NCBI RefSeq assembly: GCF_006345805.1
Contig: NC_043018.1
Coordinates: forward strand, 24,118,001-24,182,000
DNA from: Octopus sinensis
Lineage: Eukaryota
Length of the DNA: 64,000 nt
Reading direction: 5' to 3'
Positions 1-14,100 of this stretch are shown piece by piece; position 1 is the first letter of the stretch; each line of letters begins with the position of its first letter. Below the pieces are notes generated by a model, which was given only the letters and a program-made list of their open reading frames with translations, had not been told where the DNA came from and did not search any database. A program made the translations under genes and the position numbers.

Positions 1-3000
1 TTTCGTATTAATGTCCACATTTCTATACTTGCATGGATCGGACGGAGTTTGAGGTGAGTTTATTGGTATCTCGCTTCAAGCATGTCTCCATAAAATTGGA
101 AATCAATGATACTACTTATATAACAATACCCATTAATATTGTAATTTCAAGACAAGACACATATATGGTATATTTATATACACACACACCTCTTTCTGTT
201 TCTGTCTACCAAATCCACTAGTGAGGCCTTGGTATCAATTTGGGTTTTTAGATGTCGGAGATATCTTCTACCTTGGTGATAAGTTATAATCCCCAATTTC
301 TTAAATTGTGAAGTTCATTTTCAACCCCCTTGTGTGAACTGGAACCAAGCATGCTGAGCAAATTTTTAAAATCTTTTACTTGTTTCAGTCAATTGGCCCA
401 ATTTACAGTATTTTGGACAAATCTCTAGATGGAAATAATCCACAATTACTATTTTTAACTCAGCTCTGCTTAGTTGTTTAGTAAACATTCTTTTACAGGA
501 GTTCTTGCTAGAAATGTGAAATGTTTCTGTATTACTGATCTGAAAGCAAAGGTTCATCTTGACTGCACCTTTATAACTAGGCTAATTAGATTTGAGAAGG
601 ATGGACATTTATTTGGAGTAGTTTTAAGACAAAGGTCTTTCGGTTTCGGAGCAAAAACCATTATTATAATCTCTGCTTCTCTTTCATTTTTAATTGCAGA
701 CAATTTACATAAAACAGCAACTGGGAATCATTGGCTGGTTCAGTTTGATTTTGCTTTTGGTCTGAAAATTTAAACTTGTCTAACAGCACGTCTTAACCCT
801 TTACCTATCCAAAGCATTTTCATAAGTTTGTCTTAAATTTCCATACTGGTTTTTAGATCTGTAGCTATTGGAGGTTAATTTAGTGGTGTTGGTGGGTAAT
901 ATGTGACGTGATGCACATGAATGGTTTTTCATACAACTGACTTTTTTTAAAAAAATACATTACCCACCTCTGTTGTGTACGCACATATATGTAAGCTCTT
1001 GTTTCATATGTTGCGTATTATAAAGCTTTCTTTTCATAAGTCCCAAGTTATTCTGGTAGTTTAAAAAAATAATTGAAAATGTGAATCCTGATGCATCCAA
1101 GGAAATGAACCCTGTTTATAAACGAGCCACAAGCTAAATTTTCAAATAAATACTCTTGTGTTGTTGCAGGATCTGACATATTTCAGTTTATCTAACGTAA
1201 TGACTCCCACTTGATGCAAGGAATTTTGACTAAGCCAGTTCTGGTTTAGAGATGTCTATGAGCAGCTTTGAATTAAACTCTATTAGCCAATCAAACTACT
1301 ATGAATTGCACTCTATTAGCCAATCAAATTTAAGTGTTGTATCCTGTGTCTACTTTTTCTATTGCTGCTATAATAGGAATATGATATATTGCTATTATAA
1401 GCAGTCACAACTGTGACTGCTTAAAATGCTTACTTCCTAACCAATGTGGTCTCATTCAATCTCAGTGTGTGGCACATTGGGCAAGTGTCTTTTACAAGAG
1501 CCCTGGGCCAGGAAGTGGAAGAAGCCTGTCATGTGTTTACCTTTGACATCACATGATGGTTGTCAATGGGCGTCACTGACATCCATGTTCTGTTCTTAGT
1601 CTTCTGTGAAACATAGGGAAATATTAACTTGCTTGGGAACAGGTGAGGATTGGTAAGTGGATGAATGAACAGTCTGTTCTTCAGATATGGCTGGTTGATG
1701 CCACATCCTTTCGGGCATTCCTAACCCACTCTTGAGGCCCTCATTAATACAACATTCAGTTCTTTCCCCTTCTCCCCTAACATCAGCTTTCTGGAACATC
1801 ATCCTTATTAAGGTCTTTCTTGCAAGTGTTAGCTGGGAATGGTTTGAGAGGAATGTTAATTGCATCAATTGCACCAGTTTTGGAGGGCCTGCAGAGACCA
1901 TGGGCACTGTTCCTTCAAGACCCAACAAGTGTGTGTGTGGTGGGGAATGGATATTTGTAAATCGTCATCGATTTATTGTTTATGAAAGTCTTAAGTCTAT
2001 GGCAGTAAGTTTGATTCTTCAGAGTTTTCAGACATTTTAAATTTAACTGTATTTGTGACTTGCTAATATTATCGAAGTGGCACTTGAAGAAAAACTTCTC
2101 CAAGATGGAAGTTTCAAGCATGTTTCTTCACTCCTTTGTTCACTGTAAGTCATCATCATCATTTAATGTTCGTGTTCCATGCTAGCATGGGTGGGATGGT
2201 ACCATGAGCTAGCCAGGCCGAAGCCTGCACCAGACTTCTGTGACTGTTTTGGCAGGATTTTTACAGCCAGATGCCCTCCCTAACACCGACTCAACAGAGT
2301 GGACTTAGTGCTTTTTTATGTGGCACAAACACCAGCAAGATCAGTTTTGGCAAGGTTTTTTTACAGCTGGATGCCCTTCCAAATGCCAACCACATTATAG
2401 TGTGGACTCGGTGCTTTTAAATGTATACATCATTAATATAAGATAAAAATTTAGGGCACTTTAATGCATCTCTATCAATATTCCACACTGTCTCACTTGT
2501 TTGGTTCTTACATTTGGTGAGGCTTTCTGTTCCGTTCTCCAATTTGCTTATTGGACTGCATCTAAGCTAGGACACTACTCCCTTGAGGGGTTTTAGTTGA
2601 ACAAATCAACTTCAGTCCTTATTTTAAGTGTGGTTAGAGATATAAACAAACATCAGTTGTCAAGCAGACACGTGCGTTTCCACCCAGTTTATTCCTACTA
2701 GATCCACCCGAGGTGCTGGTCAGCCTAGGGCTATACAAAAAGACACTTGCCAATCTGCAGTGCAGTTACACTGAATCCCATACCCTGTGTCTACCAAGCG
2801 AATTTTAAACCAAACTGGCTTCTGCCTTTGTAGATATATTCCAAATTTTCACAACACTAGTGCAACCTGAATGGGATTATTCTGTTGGATTGTACCATAC
2901 CATTGAGTCCAAACATATTTGGTTAGTAATTTGGTGCTTAGAATTCAGTATATTGTCTTGTGGTTGGTATATATACCATACCTTTAAGAGCTACCAAAGA

Positions 3001-3676
3001 CTTAGTACTTAAAACTACTCGAGAACAGTGCTTCTAGATTTCCCAGTCTTCTATAAGCTGTTTCCATGGTAATAAAACATGGCCAACCAATAATCTATTT
3101 GTTCACATTTATCTTGATGTTCCAATAGTTTTTTTTCTTTTTTCTTAAAATGATTTTCTTTTGTGACAAGTTCGGAGCTGTCTTTTTCATTAAATAGATT
3201 GAATCTGTCCTTGTATATCATTTAGCTGGACTAAATAATTATCAATAGTTCAATCCCACTACATGGCAACTTGGGCAGTTCTAACTGACAAGCCTTGAGT
3301 AAATTTGGTAGAGAGGAAAGTGCAAAAGCTTGTTTTATACACACACACACACACACACACACACGTTTTCTTTTTGATGTCATGATAGTTATAGACAGGT
3401 GTTATTGCCGTGCAAGCTGTCATTTCCAGTTATCGGTGAAAGCATATTTGGTTATGGGGAAATATTACTTTGCTTGGAAACAAGTGATGGTTTGGTGACA
3501 GAATGGGCATCTTACTGTAGAGGATATGCATCAGTGAATTCCATTTGACCCATGCAAGCATGGAAAAGTGTGTACGCTCTCTTGGTTAGATTTTTTTATC
3601 AATTGTATTGTTTGCTGATTTATGTCAGCATGGCAAATAAACTGAAGGAAAACTAGGTTTTACAAAGATCCTTAAT

Positions 3677-4060
3677 CATCATCGTTTAACGTCTGTTTTC
3701 CATGCTAGCATGGGTCGGACGGTTCAACCGGGGTCTGGGAAGCCATGAGGCTGCACCAGGATCCAGTCTGATCTGGCAGTGTTTCTACAGCTGGATGCCC
3801 TTCCTAATGCCAACCACTCCATGAGTGTTGTGGGTACTTTTTACGTGCCACCAGCACAGGTGCCAAGGGAGGCTGGCAACGGCCACGATCAGTTGGTGGT
3901 TTTTACGTGCCACCGACACGGAAACCAGTCAAGGCGGCGCTGGCATCGGCCACGTACGGATGGTGCTTTTTAGGTGCCAGGGTAGGCTGGCAACGGCCAC
4001 AATCGGTTGGTGCTTTTTATGTTCAACTGGCACGGAAGCCAGTCAAAGAGATCCATGATT
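3677..4060 (-). mobile_element. SINE with RTE-type (GAT)n tail and internal ~60 bp repeats
   Basis: catcatcgtttaacgtc...ccatgctagcatggg...ctacagctggatgcccttcctaatgccaaccac family; other copies near 2150, 5715, 17040, 18852, 23150, 23985, 36775, 39860, 43376, 60250, 61925, 62654. Confidence 0.85.
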
Positions 4061-4626
4061 GTCTATGGGTGTGGTACATGAACTGTCTTTAGCAATTTCA
4101 CTTTTTCAAAGATGGTTTTGTGGATTAACTGTTCTTTATCCAAAGCTGTTACTTTAGATGCAAAGCTAAAGGCCAAACAATTCAGCAGATAGCTTCTTTT
4201 TTTTTTCCAGTGTAGTTAACAGGAAAAATAGCTTTTGGAGTTTGTTTTAATGAAATAGAATTGTAGAATTTAGTAAAGGACTAAAATTTAGCCATTTTAC
4301 TTTTCAGAACCGTTTCGTTTAACCCTTTGGCATTCACTTTACTCTGTCAAACTTTGTTCATATTGTTCTGGATTAATCCTGCATTATTTCATAGCTTTTG
4401 AAGATGTGATTGTTTATTTTTAGAGTGATATAAGGTGTGACAGGCAGGATTTGGCTGGTTTGAATTTCAAATATTTGGGCCAGATATGGTTGGTTGAAAT
4501 GTTAATGGATTAATGCAGTATTACTTTATAGTCTTCCTAGTAATGTTCTTGTATATAGCTGGAAAGAATTGGTGAGAAACCACTACATTTTACTGTATCT
4601 TAAAATATATTTTCTAACTTTTTCAG

Positions 4627-4809
4627 CCTGAGCTACTAAAGAAATTATCTGACATCTTAAAACATGGAGGGAATAGTCCAGTGGCCCGTATGCAAGCCGG
4701 TCTACAGCTTAAAAATGCTGTTTATTCCAAGGATCCAGCAATTAAAACCACTTACCAACAGCGATGGCTCCAGTTTAACGAAGAAATACGAGTATATATA
4801 AAGAAAAAT
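4627..4809 (+). CDS. KPNB1: KPNB1 window exon 1 ([11 protein letters not shown]...YIKKN)
   Basis: tttcag| ... |gtaagt, 183 nt, phase 0-0. Confidence 0.95.
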
Positions 4810-7681
4810 GTAAGTTTAAAGTTTCTTTTTCTTATAAATTATGGTCTTGAAATCTTTCAAATAATATTGAGATTGTTTTACATTTGTTTGTGTTGATAGA
4901 ATATTGGTTTTCCAAAACTAATATACTGTTTAAACAGACGCCTCTAAATTTTTCTTGTCTATTTTGTCAAATTCAGTTTTTCCTAGGTTCCTTTCAAAAA
5001 TTTTAGCTCTTGATACAAATATACACATTTACATATTTTGAAGACAGAAGATGACAGTGGATTCATCCCATCTAATAGGCAGCAACTTAGCTTGGATAGA
5101 GAAGATTCCTAAGTCTTGGCGCAGTAAACTCTGTAGTGCTGGTAGCACAGTAAAATGCACTCTGTCCAGGTCATAAAGTAGCTGGCAATAAGGATATTCA
5201 GCTATAAAAAGTACGGCATATACAAGTGATGTTTTTCTGTTTGGATGAAGAACCATGAGAAGTTGTAAGATGAAACAGATCTAACCCACAACAGGTTGGG
5301 GGAAACTGAATTGGACATAAAATAAGGATTAAATTCCAACTAGACAGATCTTATTCATCACACCCTACCATCTTAAATGATGAGCAATGTAAGATAATAT
5401 AATTTATACAGAGGTGGCCACTGTTGGAATATTTATCATAAATCAGCTGGATTAGGGCTGAGCTGAAAATGTTTTAAATTCCTATTTTAAATGCTGCTTT
5501 AGTTAGAAATAGTGTATCTGAGCATTAAAAATTTGAGTTTTCTCTGCTCAAGATTTTGTATCCCTACTCTCACTGCCCTGAGTTGCTCCATCTACCTATA
5601 TTCATTCCACTACAGTCAAATTCCCACCCATTTGTGTGTTTCTGTTGGCCCTTAACTGCAAACTGAACCCCACACACTGACCACTTGAAGTGCACTGTCT
5701 AAACTCTGTATTGGTTTAATGTTTTGGCAGGAAGGGCATCCAGCCATAGAGTCCATGCCATGATAGGCAACTGGGGTGTGAACAGCTCCCTGTTTGCCAG
5801 CCATATGTCAACCCATCGAACCCATGCCAGCATGGAAACTGGATGTTAAATGACAATTTAGTTGCTTGTATTTTGTTGATAAAGTAATGTTTTATGGTCT
5901 TTGTTTTCAATGTTATTAATTTGGTGTCTTTTATGTTTCTTGCAGGTTTTGGAGTCATTAGGGACTGAAACCATTCGTCCAAGTTCTGCAGCCCAGTGTG
6001 TGGCATACATTGCTTGTGCTGAACTTCCCCAAGGGTTCTGGCCAGATCTTATTCCTTTGTTAACGCAAAATATTACCAATCCAAACAGTACTGAATTGAT
6101 GAAAGAAGCTACGTTAGAGTCTATTGGTTATATTTGCCAGGATATAGTGAGTTACTTTAATTATTTGTTAACTAAAATACACTCTTTGTTTCAGTTAAAT
6201 TCTAAAATCGAGAACATGGACTAGTTTTAATACATCTACTAATACCTCACTCACTGAGTGTAGTGTTTAGAACACAACTTCAATAGTAACTTCTTAATAC
6301 CTATTTTATTTATTGCAAAAAAAAGATGATCTCATTTGGTCATCATATATGTGACCGTAGCTTTCTTTTATCCATTCTTTGTTCTGTGTAACAGTTTGTT
6401 TCCTGTTATTTGGAATATTTCAAATAAGAAATTAGATGGGGTGGGGTGGGCGCAACAGAAGAGGTCTCAGGGAGTAGCATCCCTGCCTTCCTGAGTTTTC
6501 CACCATATTTCTCAAAAATCATGGTAGAGGGCTTGGTGTCAGGACCATTCATGTTTAGAAACTGAGGTTTCTACAGCTCCCTGTAGAAAATCCAGCTCCA
6601 AGAAAGCCTTATGGTAGTAAAGGAGAATGGGCAGCAGCCAGCCTAAAGGTTGGGGTTGGCTGCACCTGCCTATCTCGGTTGCTATGGTATTGAGGTAGAT
6701 CTGCCACCTGTTAAGGGGAGGGGGATTTAAAACACTTGAAGATGATGAAAAGATTTGGAGGGGGGGAAAAAATTGGGTTTGGCTTCTAAAGAATTTTGAA
6801 GAGAAATTTACTTTATTTCAACATCATTGTTGGAGTTACAATCACAAAAAGAAACTGAAATAGTTAATGCTATCTCCATGTAGCATCAGGCATTTTCTTT
6901 GGAAGAATCTTCAAATTTCAGTTCACTATTCTGTGTGTGAAAGCAGTATCCATTAGTTTCAAGTGTAAAAAGTTATAAAAAGAGGAATGTCCCCATGAAT
7001 TTGGGGAAACAAATTTCATTTTATAAGAATGTTGACTGATGTGTAGCGAGTGTTTTTCTCTCATTACTAATGTATGAAATATACATTCGACTCTATTGTT
7101 TCTATAGTTCTATTGAAACACACAATAATGAATTTAGTGAAGTAACATTTAAGCTGGTATTTGAAGCTCAGATTAACATGAATTTTTAATTTAGGTTACT
7201 TCAAAACTGTATCAAAGAACCAAAGACAATCTTGGGGTAGATTGGTACCAAAAGGGTTAAATATGAATACTTGTAAATGGTATCAGTTTGGTAATTGATT
7301 TCCACTGGTTTTCGTTTATCGAACACTTTGTAAAATGTGTATTTTATTTGAAATAGAATCATTTTAATTAACACATGAAAACAATTTTTTTCCCCCAGGA
7401 GCCAGATATATTGGCATCACAATCTAATGAAATTTTAACAGCAATTGTAAATGGGATGCGCAAAGAAGAATCAAGGTAACTTAATTATTTTTTTGGGGTT
7501 TGAAATTGTTTAAAGTGGGGCTTGTAATACATGTTGGCTTTTGTAGAGTTATGTCTTAGAATGATTGAAATTTTCCTGAAGATGTAATCAATGAGCAGAG
7601 CAAATCTTGTTTGGTCGGTATTATATACAGAATTAGTACTTCGATTAGTTTACCAAATAGATGAACTGTCCTAATTGATGC

Positions 7682-7714
<33 letters not shown>

Positions 7715-10700
7715 ATGCAAACACACACACACATGCATTTATTTATAAGATGCCACTTAGCTTAATTATGAGTATTTGGTTAAGAAACTCATTCTACAAA
7801 TAGTTTGGATTCAGTACTACTATGCGATAGAAAAATTGTGCAAACCCATTGTGTAGGTAAACGTTGGTGTTGTGCACTTTCTACATAAAGTGCTTAACTG
7901 TAAATGAAGTTACTTATGTGTCTGTCAAATCATTTGCTGGCTCTGTGCTTCTGAAGATGTATGAAATAAAGATATCCGATAGGGTGGGTGGGGAATATAT
8001 ATGGGTTAGTGGCGGGTAAAATATCTAGTTGTGAAACAATACTTTATTATTAGCCTAGAAAAACACAAACACTGACAAACAAAATATATGAGCAGTTCTG
8101 TTTTCTTGTAGTCTTATATCTACTGATGTTTATTATCAGATTTTAACAAATGTTTATACTTCATAGCAGCTTGATGCTTTATAGGAATTAATCTTTTCTA
8201 AATATATTTAGTTGTAATTTAGTAAAATAGTGTTTATTTTTAATTGGTTCTTCTAACAAACCTGTCTTAGCTCCTCTGCTGCAACTTCTGTCTCATGATA
8301 GTCATTGTAAGTTGCGAAAGACTCAGCATTTTTGAAATACTCCTTAAGAGTTACATTAAACTTTTTTCACTTGAATGCATTTTACAATGGAACTATTTTC
8401 AACTTTTTCAGTAATCATGTTAGATTAGCTGCTACGAATGCTCTGCTGAATTCTTTGGAATTCACAAAGTCAAATTTTGATAAAGATGTAAGTATATAAA
8501 TATATATCATTTACTACTTGTTTCTTTTCTCTTTAATCCTTTAACATTCTGATTTCTCTGTCAAAAGTTTGAATTAGTTGTGCATTATCTTGTTGCTTTG
8601 AGATTTCAATGATGGGATTATTTTTAGAATGACATTGTAGGGTAGGTGTGAAAGGCTGGAGGATATGACCTGTTTAAATGCTAAAAGGTTAAAGTTTTGT
8701 ATTCTATGAAAGATTTACAGTTAAATGAATACTTAACATGTAAAGTGCAACAGGCCATGACCATGGCTGTCGGGCACAGGTCAAGAGGCCACGACCGTGG
8801 CCTAGATAGATGCATTTAATTTATGAGCATTTGTTGGGGTCTAATGTTACTCAAATACTCAGATACCCACCAGAATGCAAGAGTACTAATATTTCAACTG
8901 ACTTTTCAAATGATGTAAAACCATTATATACTAAGATATTTTAACTTTTTTTTTCTGTGTTCCTGGTAGTCTCATTTTCATAAAATGTGCTCAGCAGTCC
9001 ATGCTATGTATGTGCAAATCCTAGTGCTTTATGGATTAAGCATGAGATGGAGATAATATCGTATAGGCTTTCTGTTTTCAGTTCTACCATATATATTATT
9101 GTCTTCCATACCCAATATTTTATTTTGTCTTGTCAATCATTTATTGAGATTCAATATTTCTCTTTTTTAGTTTGAAAGGCATTTTATCATGCAAGTTGTT
9201 TGTGAAGCTACCCAGTCTACTGATACAAGGGTAAGTAGTGTTATTAAATTGTTGAATACCACTTTACTTCTCATTAAAATATATGGGATAATAAAAGTGT
9301 CAAAATGTTTTTCTTTTCCAGGTTCGTGTTGCTGCCTTGCAATGCTTAGTTAAAATTATGTCCTTATATTATCAATATATGGAACACTACATGGGTCCTG
9401 CTCTGTTTGCTGTGAGTATTAGTTTCAGTTCTTCACTTTTTGTAAATGACATTTGGAAACAAAAAAATTTTTTCCCCTCCATCTTTTCATGTGTAAGTTT
9501 GGTTGACACTTTTCCCTTGTTCCGTGTAGATTACGATGGAGGCTATGAAAAGCGAGATAGATGAAGTATCTCTACAAGGAATTGAGTTCTGGTCTACAGT
9601 TTGTGATGAAGAGGTCGATCTTGCCATAGAACTTTCAGAAGTGAGTATTTTATGTCTTTAACATTGCCCGCTTTTCACCTGACGCTGTAATCTAGGGAAA
9701 TATTTTTACAAACTTTTAATAATTGGCATTAGATAATTGAAATGAGATTATTTAGGTATTTAATCTAGTATTTAATGTTAAATGTATCTACTCTATATTT
9801 CAATTAATTTGATTACGGATAGTCATGTGGTGTCTGTCATGTAAACTTAATGCAAAATATTTTCCTCATCTGTTCGATATAAAACTTAGCACATCTCATT
9901 ATCAGGTTGGATTGAGCCCTTATGATTGGTGCTGACTCTGTGGGGCACAGAGTTGGCTGTGTGTTTTAAGAAGTTTACTTCAAAACTGCATTGTTCCAGG
10001 TTCACTCTTATTGTATGGATAATCTTGATTCAGCCTTAGTCCTGTACATGAAACTTGGAGGTGATATTGTGTAGAAGCCTGTCAAATGGACAGCTCCTGT
10101 TCTTGGGCAATTATAACATGCCACCTGGTTTAATACTCCCACCTGGTTTTTGGGTAGTTTACCAGAGTCCACTGTGTTACTAGCATTTGAGCTATGTGTC
10201 GATTTTGAAGATGCCTAGCCAACCCCCACACCTCACCTGTCTTTAGCCAAAAGGCCGTGGATGCTGCTTTTTCCTTCTAGCTGAACCATTAAAAATGGGT
10301 GGTTTGGATCCAATCTGAATTAAATGTGAACAAGTATTGCTCCATGGTTGAGAGGCTTACTTACCAACCTTGTGGTCTTTGGTTCATTCTCCCTGCATGG
10401 TACCTTGGGCTCCAGAATGACCAAAGAAAGCTCTGAGTGAATTTGGTAAATGGAAATTGAAAGAAACTCGTGTGTGTATACTGTTGTTACATAATGGTTG
10501 TAAATGAGCATTGTCACAACAAGGTTCGTTTCCATTCTTCTGTGATAAACGTCTGCTCATGGGGGGAAGTATTACCTTGATTGGAAATAGGTGGGGGTTG
10601 GTGACAGGAAGGGCATCTGGCTGTAGAAAATCTGCCTCAACAAATTGCATTTCACCCATGCAAGCTCGGGGAAAATGGACTTTAAAAGGACAGTGATGAT

Positions 10701-11140
10701 CCATCCTGGATTTTTCACGTATAATAGATAACATTGGTATAGGATTCTCGTAGGAAGTGAGGCAACATAACGATCTGATTCACTGGTCTTAGCTGCTATT
10801 GTGACCCCTTATTATTACATCAACAATAATTGTAGATGGCTTAAACCAAGATTATGCACTAGAATTTTTGTATTTTTGTTTTTACTTACTGTTAAATTTT
10901 ATTTCATTAAATGTTCAAAATTTTTTTTTTTAGGCTGATGAGGAAGGCCGACCTCCCGAAAGGAGCAGTAGGTTTTATGCTAAAGGAGCTCTACAGTTCC
11001 TCGTTCCAATATTATTGATAACCCTTACAAAACAGGTATATTGAATTTTTTTAATTAAAACAAAATTTTGCTCTTTCCTTAATGATTTAAAGAAAAAAAA
11101 CCAACAAAATATAAAACCAAATCTTAAACTGCACATATAT

Positions 11141-11171
<31 letters not shown>

Positions 11172-14100
11172 CGCACATACATATGTAAATGTGTATTTAT
11201 GTACATAATGATTAATCATCTTCAAATCCATTTCAAAACAATTGCTTGCATTAATTTTTTTGCCCCATATCGATTGAGATTAATTCTTCTACCATTCTTA
11301 TTAGTAATAAATGTTCTAAATTTTTACTCAACCATTTTACTTTTACTCATCACATACCAAATTATTTTTTAGATTCTTATGAATATATATATATATATAT
11401 ATATATATTACATATTATATATTTATCATTGATTAGTTACTAGGCCAGTTAATTTTGTTGGTTAGATGGTACAGTATTGCTTCAGATGAGAATGAAACTG
11501 ATTAAGGCATGAGTGAATTCTTCTCTTTGAGAGTCTTCCACTATATGTTTGCTGTTGTGTGTGTTTGCAGGAAGAGTTTGATGATGATGAGTGGAACCCA
11601 TGTAAGGCAGCTGGTGTGTGTTTGATGCTGATGGCCACATGCTGTGAAGATGACGTTGTAGGTCATGTACTTCCTTTTGTCAAGGAACATATTGTCCATA
11701 CAGATTGGCGCTTTAGAGATGCTGCTGTTATGGCATTTGGTAGGCATTCATTTATCATTGATAACTTCAAGACAGTTTTTTTTTTCTCTTTTTTTTTTAA
11801 ATTCATGGATTTAACTACATTGTAATTAATATTGTTGACAGTTAATTATAGATATTTAAATCTTTTTTTTTTTTTCTAACCTTCAATTAGAATAAAATGT
11901 AAGCTGTGACTTTGATATAAGTGGAGATAAAGTAATGGGTATTTTGTCAGTGGTTTTGTGGTATATTCATGGTGAACTGGAACCTATCATTTAATTAGAA
12001 TTCAGTAGAATATCATACTTTGTGCCATGTCACAGATGCCTCTGCCAATATCAGAAAAGCCATGAATTTTGGGTAAACATACAGTAGTGGATTTTCCCCA
12101 TTTCCATCTACTGGTGTATTTAGTTTACTCTTCTAGTTTCTTGCACTGAGATGACTTCTTGAGGCACGGGACTTGTTCGACCCCTAAGCTGAATAACTGT
12201 ACATACACTTGTGGGCCGTGTGACATGTTAAGGGGGCCAACCCTCCAAGCACTGCATTCTTTAATCAGTGGATCATTTTTCACTATTGAGACCTTTGGCA
12301 GGTACTACTCTTCTGGTTCAGATCACATTTGGGGGTAGTGTTGCCTAAAGTGTTACCACATACTCCTGAACTCCCCAGGTGGAACCTTATCACTAGATGC
12401 TTGCTGTTTAATGTCTTGCACAGGAAGTCTTATAAGAAGTGTTTGTTGCAACTGATACAGCAGCACATTCTTGGACCAAGTCTGGCATTTTTGGTTCCAT
12501 CTGTCTGCTTGCTTCATTCTTATTCACCCAAGAACTGTTTTACATTCTTATCCTAAAAAGAATAAAGTTCAGCAACACCATAATTCCCCAAAAATGGTGC
12601 TAAAATTCCTGTTTTCTTCTAATTACAAGTACTTAAATGCAGGCATTAATTTGCCTTTGTACAAGCCATTTTTCCTGCTTAATTTCAAAAATCTCTTTTG
12701 CAAATTTGAAACCTTTTAAAGGTCTCCCACATTGTTTTTACTATAGGAATTGGTTAGAAATCAAAATAATTGTACTGCACTTGATTTTATTTTTCTATGA
12801 TTTTATAATCTTCCCATTACATTTACAGTTTTCATTCTACTTTTACAACCATATCCAGGTTTCTGGAAATCTTTTCATGATAGCTAATCTATTGTCTCCT
12901 GACGATAACCAGGGTGGTTGGCATTGGTAAAGGCATTTCTTTGGATACTGTATAATTTAACACCTTGTTTAAATGGGTTTTTGCTATATCGTAATTGAAA
13001 CAGGTTCATTCTAGATTGTCTAGAACAATGCCACTACTATCACAGCTCTTACCATTATTTTGCTTCATAAAGATAAATTACATGAAATAGACCATTTTTT
13101 TCTAACCAGCTCTGATGTGCAGAAGTTTGGCAATGGGGCGGTAATTGGTAATTAAAAAAATTTTTTTTAAAGAATGTCTTTCAGTTCTTTCACTTCTAAT
13201 AACATTCACAATATCTTAACCTTAAGCTGGTTACAATTGTAGTTCATAATAGATTTACCTGGCTCAGGTAATAACTAAAATCATCTGGTGAGAATGTAAA
13301 CAGAAAGACAAAAGCCTTTTGAATCCTACTTCTGTTGGCTGATTTTACTGATTTATTTTTGATTATTTTGTAGGATCTATCCTGGAAGGACCTGACCGCA
13401 ATAAGCTGAAGCCTATCGTTGAACAAGCCATGCCAATGTTGATAAATTTGCTAAAGGACCGCAGTGTCGTAGTGCGAGACACTACAGCGTGGGCAGTTGG
13501 ACGAGTGTGTGAAATCTTACCTGAAGCCGTTATTAACGATACCTGTCTGCCGCCACTCTTAGAAGCTTTGGTACAAGGACTTGAGGCTGAGCCACGTGTT
13601 GCACACAATGTTTGCTGGGTTAGTAGGTGTAGGAGTTTTTCAATTCTAAAAAAAAATGCCCCCTAAAAAAAAAAAACCACTGGCTAAATATCTTATGCTT
13701 TCACATGTATTAACTTGATGAATATATCTGTTACAGGCTATATCTGGTTTGGCAGAAGCAGCATACGAAATAGCTGCAGATACTGCTGAAGAGAATGTCG
13801 AGCCTGAAATGTATTGTCTTTCGTATTATTTTGATGGTATTGTTACCAAACTTTTGGAAACAACTGACAGGTAATTCACTGATAACTTTACAACCCCCCG
13901 CCCCCCATACACACACACATACATACATACATACACACAATTTGGCCTAATTTCTTGTTGTGTAGACTAATTCAGCTCAACCACTGCTGACCTAGGCTAA
14001 GCAAATATCCCAACTTTGACTGTCCCATTTTTGTATCCTTTTGGCTGCAATGTTTGTGTTGTGTTATAAAATAGTATGGTTGGGTTTGACAATTGCACTT

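Noticed and set aside
1-4626. KPNB1 first coding exons (about 33 N-terminal codons)
   Set aside because: No AG...GT-bounded segment encoding an importin-beta N-terminus was found by eye; they presumably lie upstream of the window.
5377-5462. Possible C/D box snoRNA (ATGATGA ... CTGA) in a KPNB1 intron
   Set aside because: No terminal stem, no evident C'/D' boxes or rRNA-complementary guide; spacing is compatible with chance.
9931-9957. 12 bp hairpin gctgactctgtg-ggg-cacagagttggc
   Set aside because: Isolated, overlaps the start of a degenerate SINE, and too short for a pre-miRNA.
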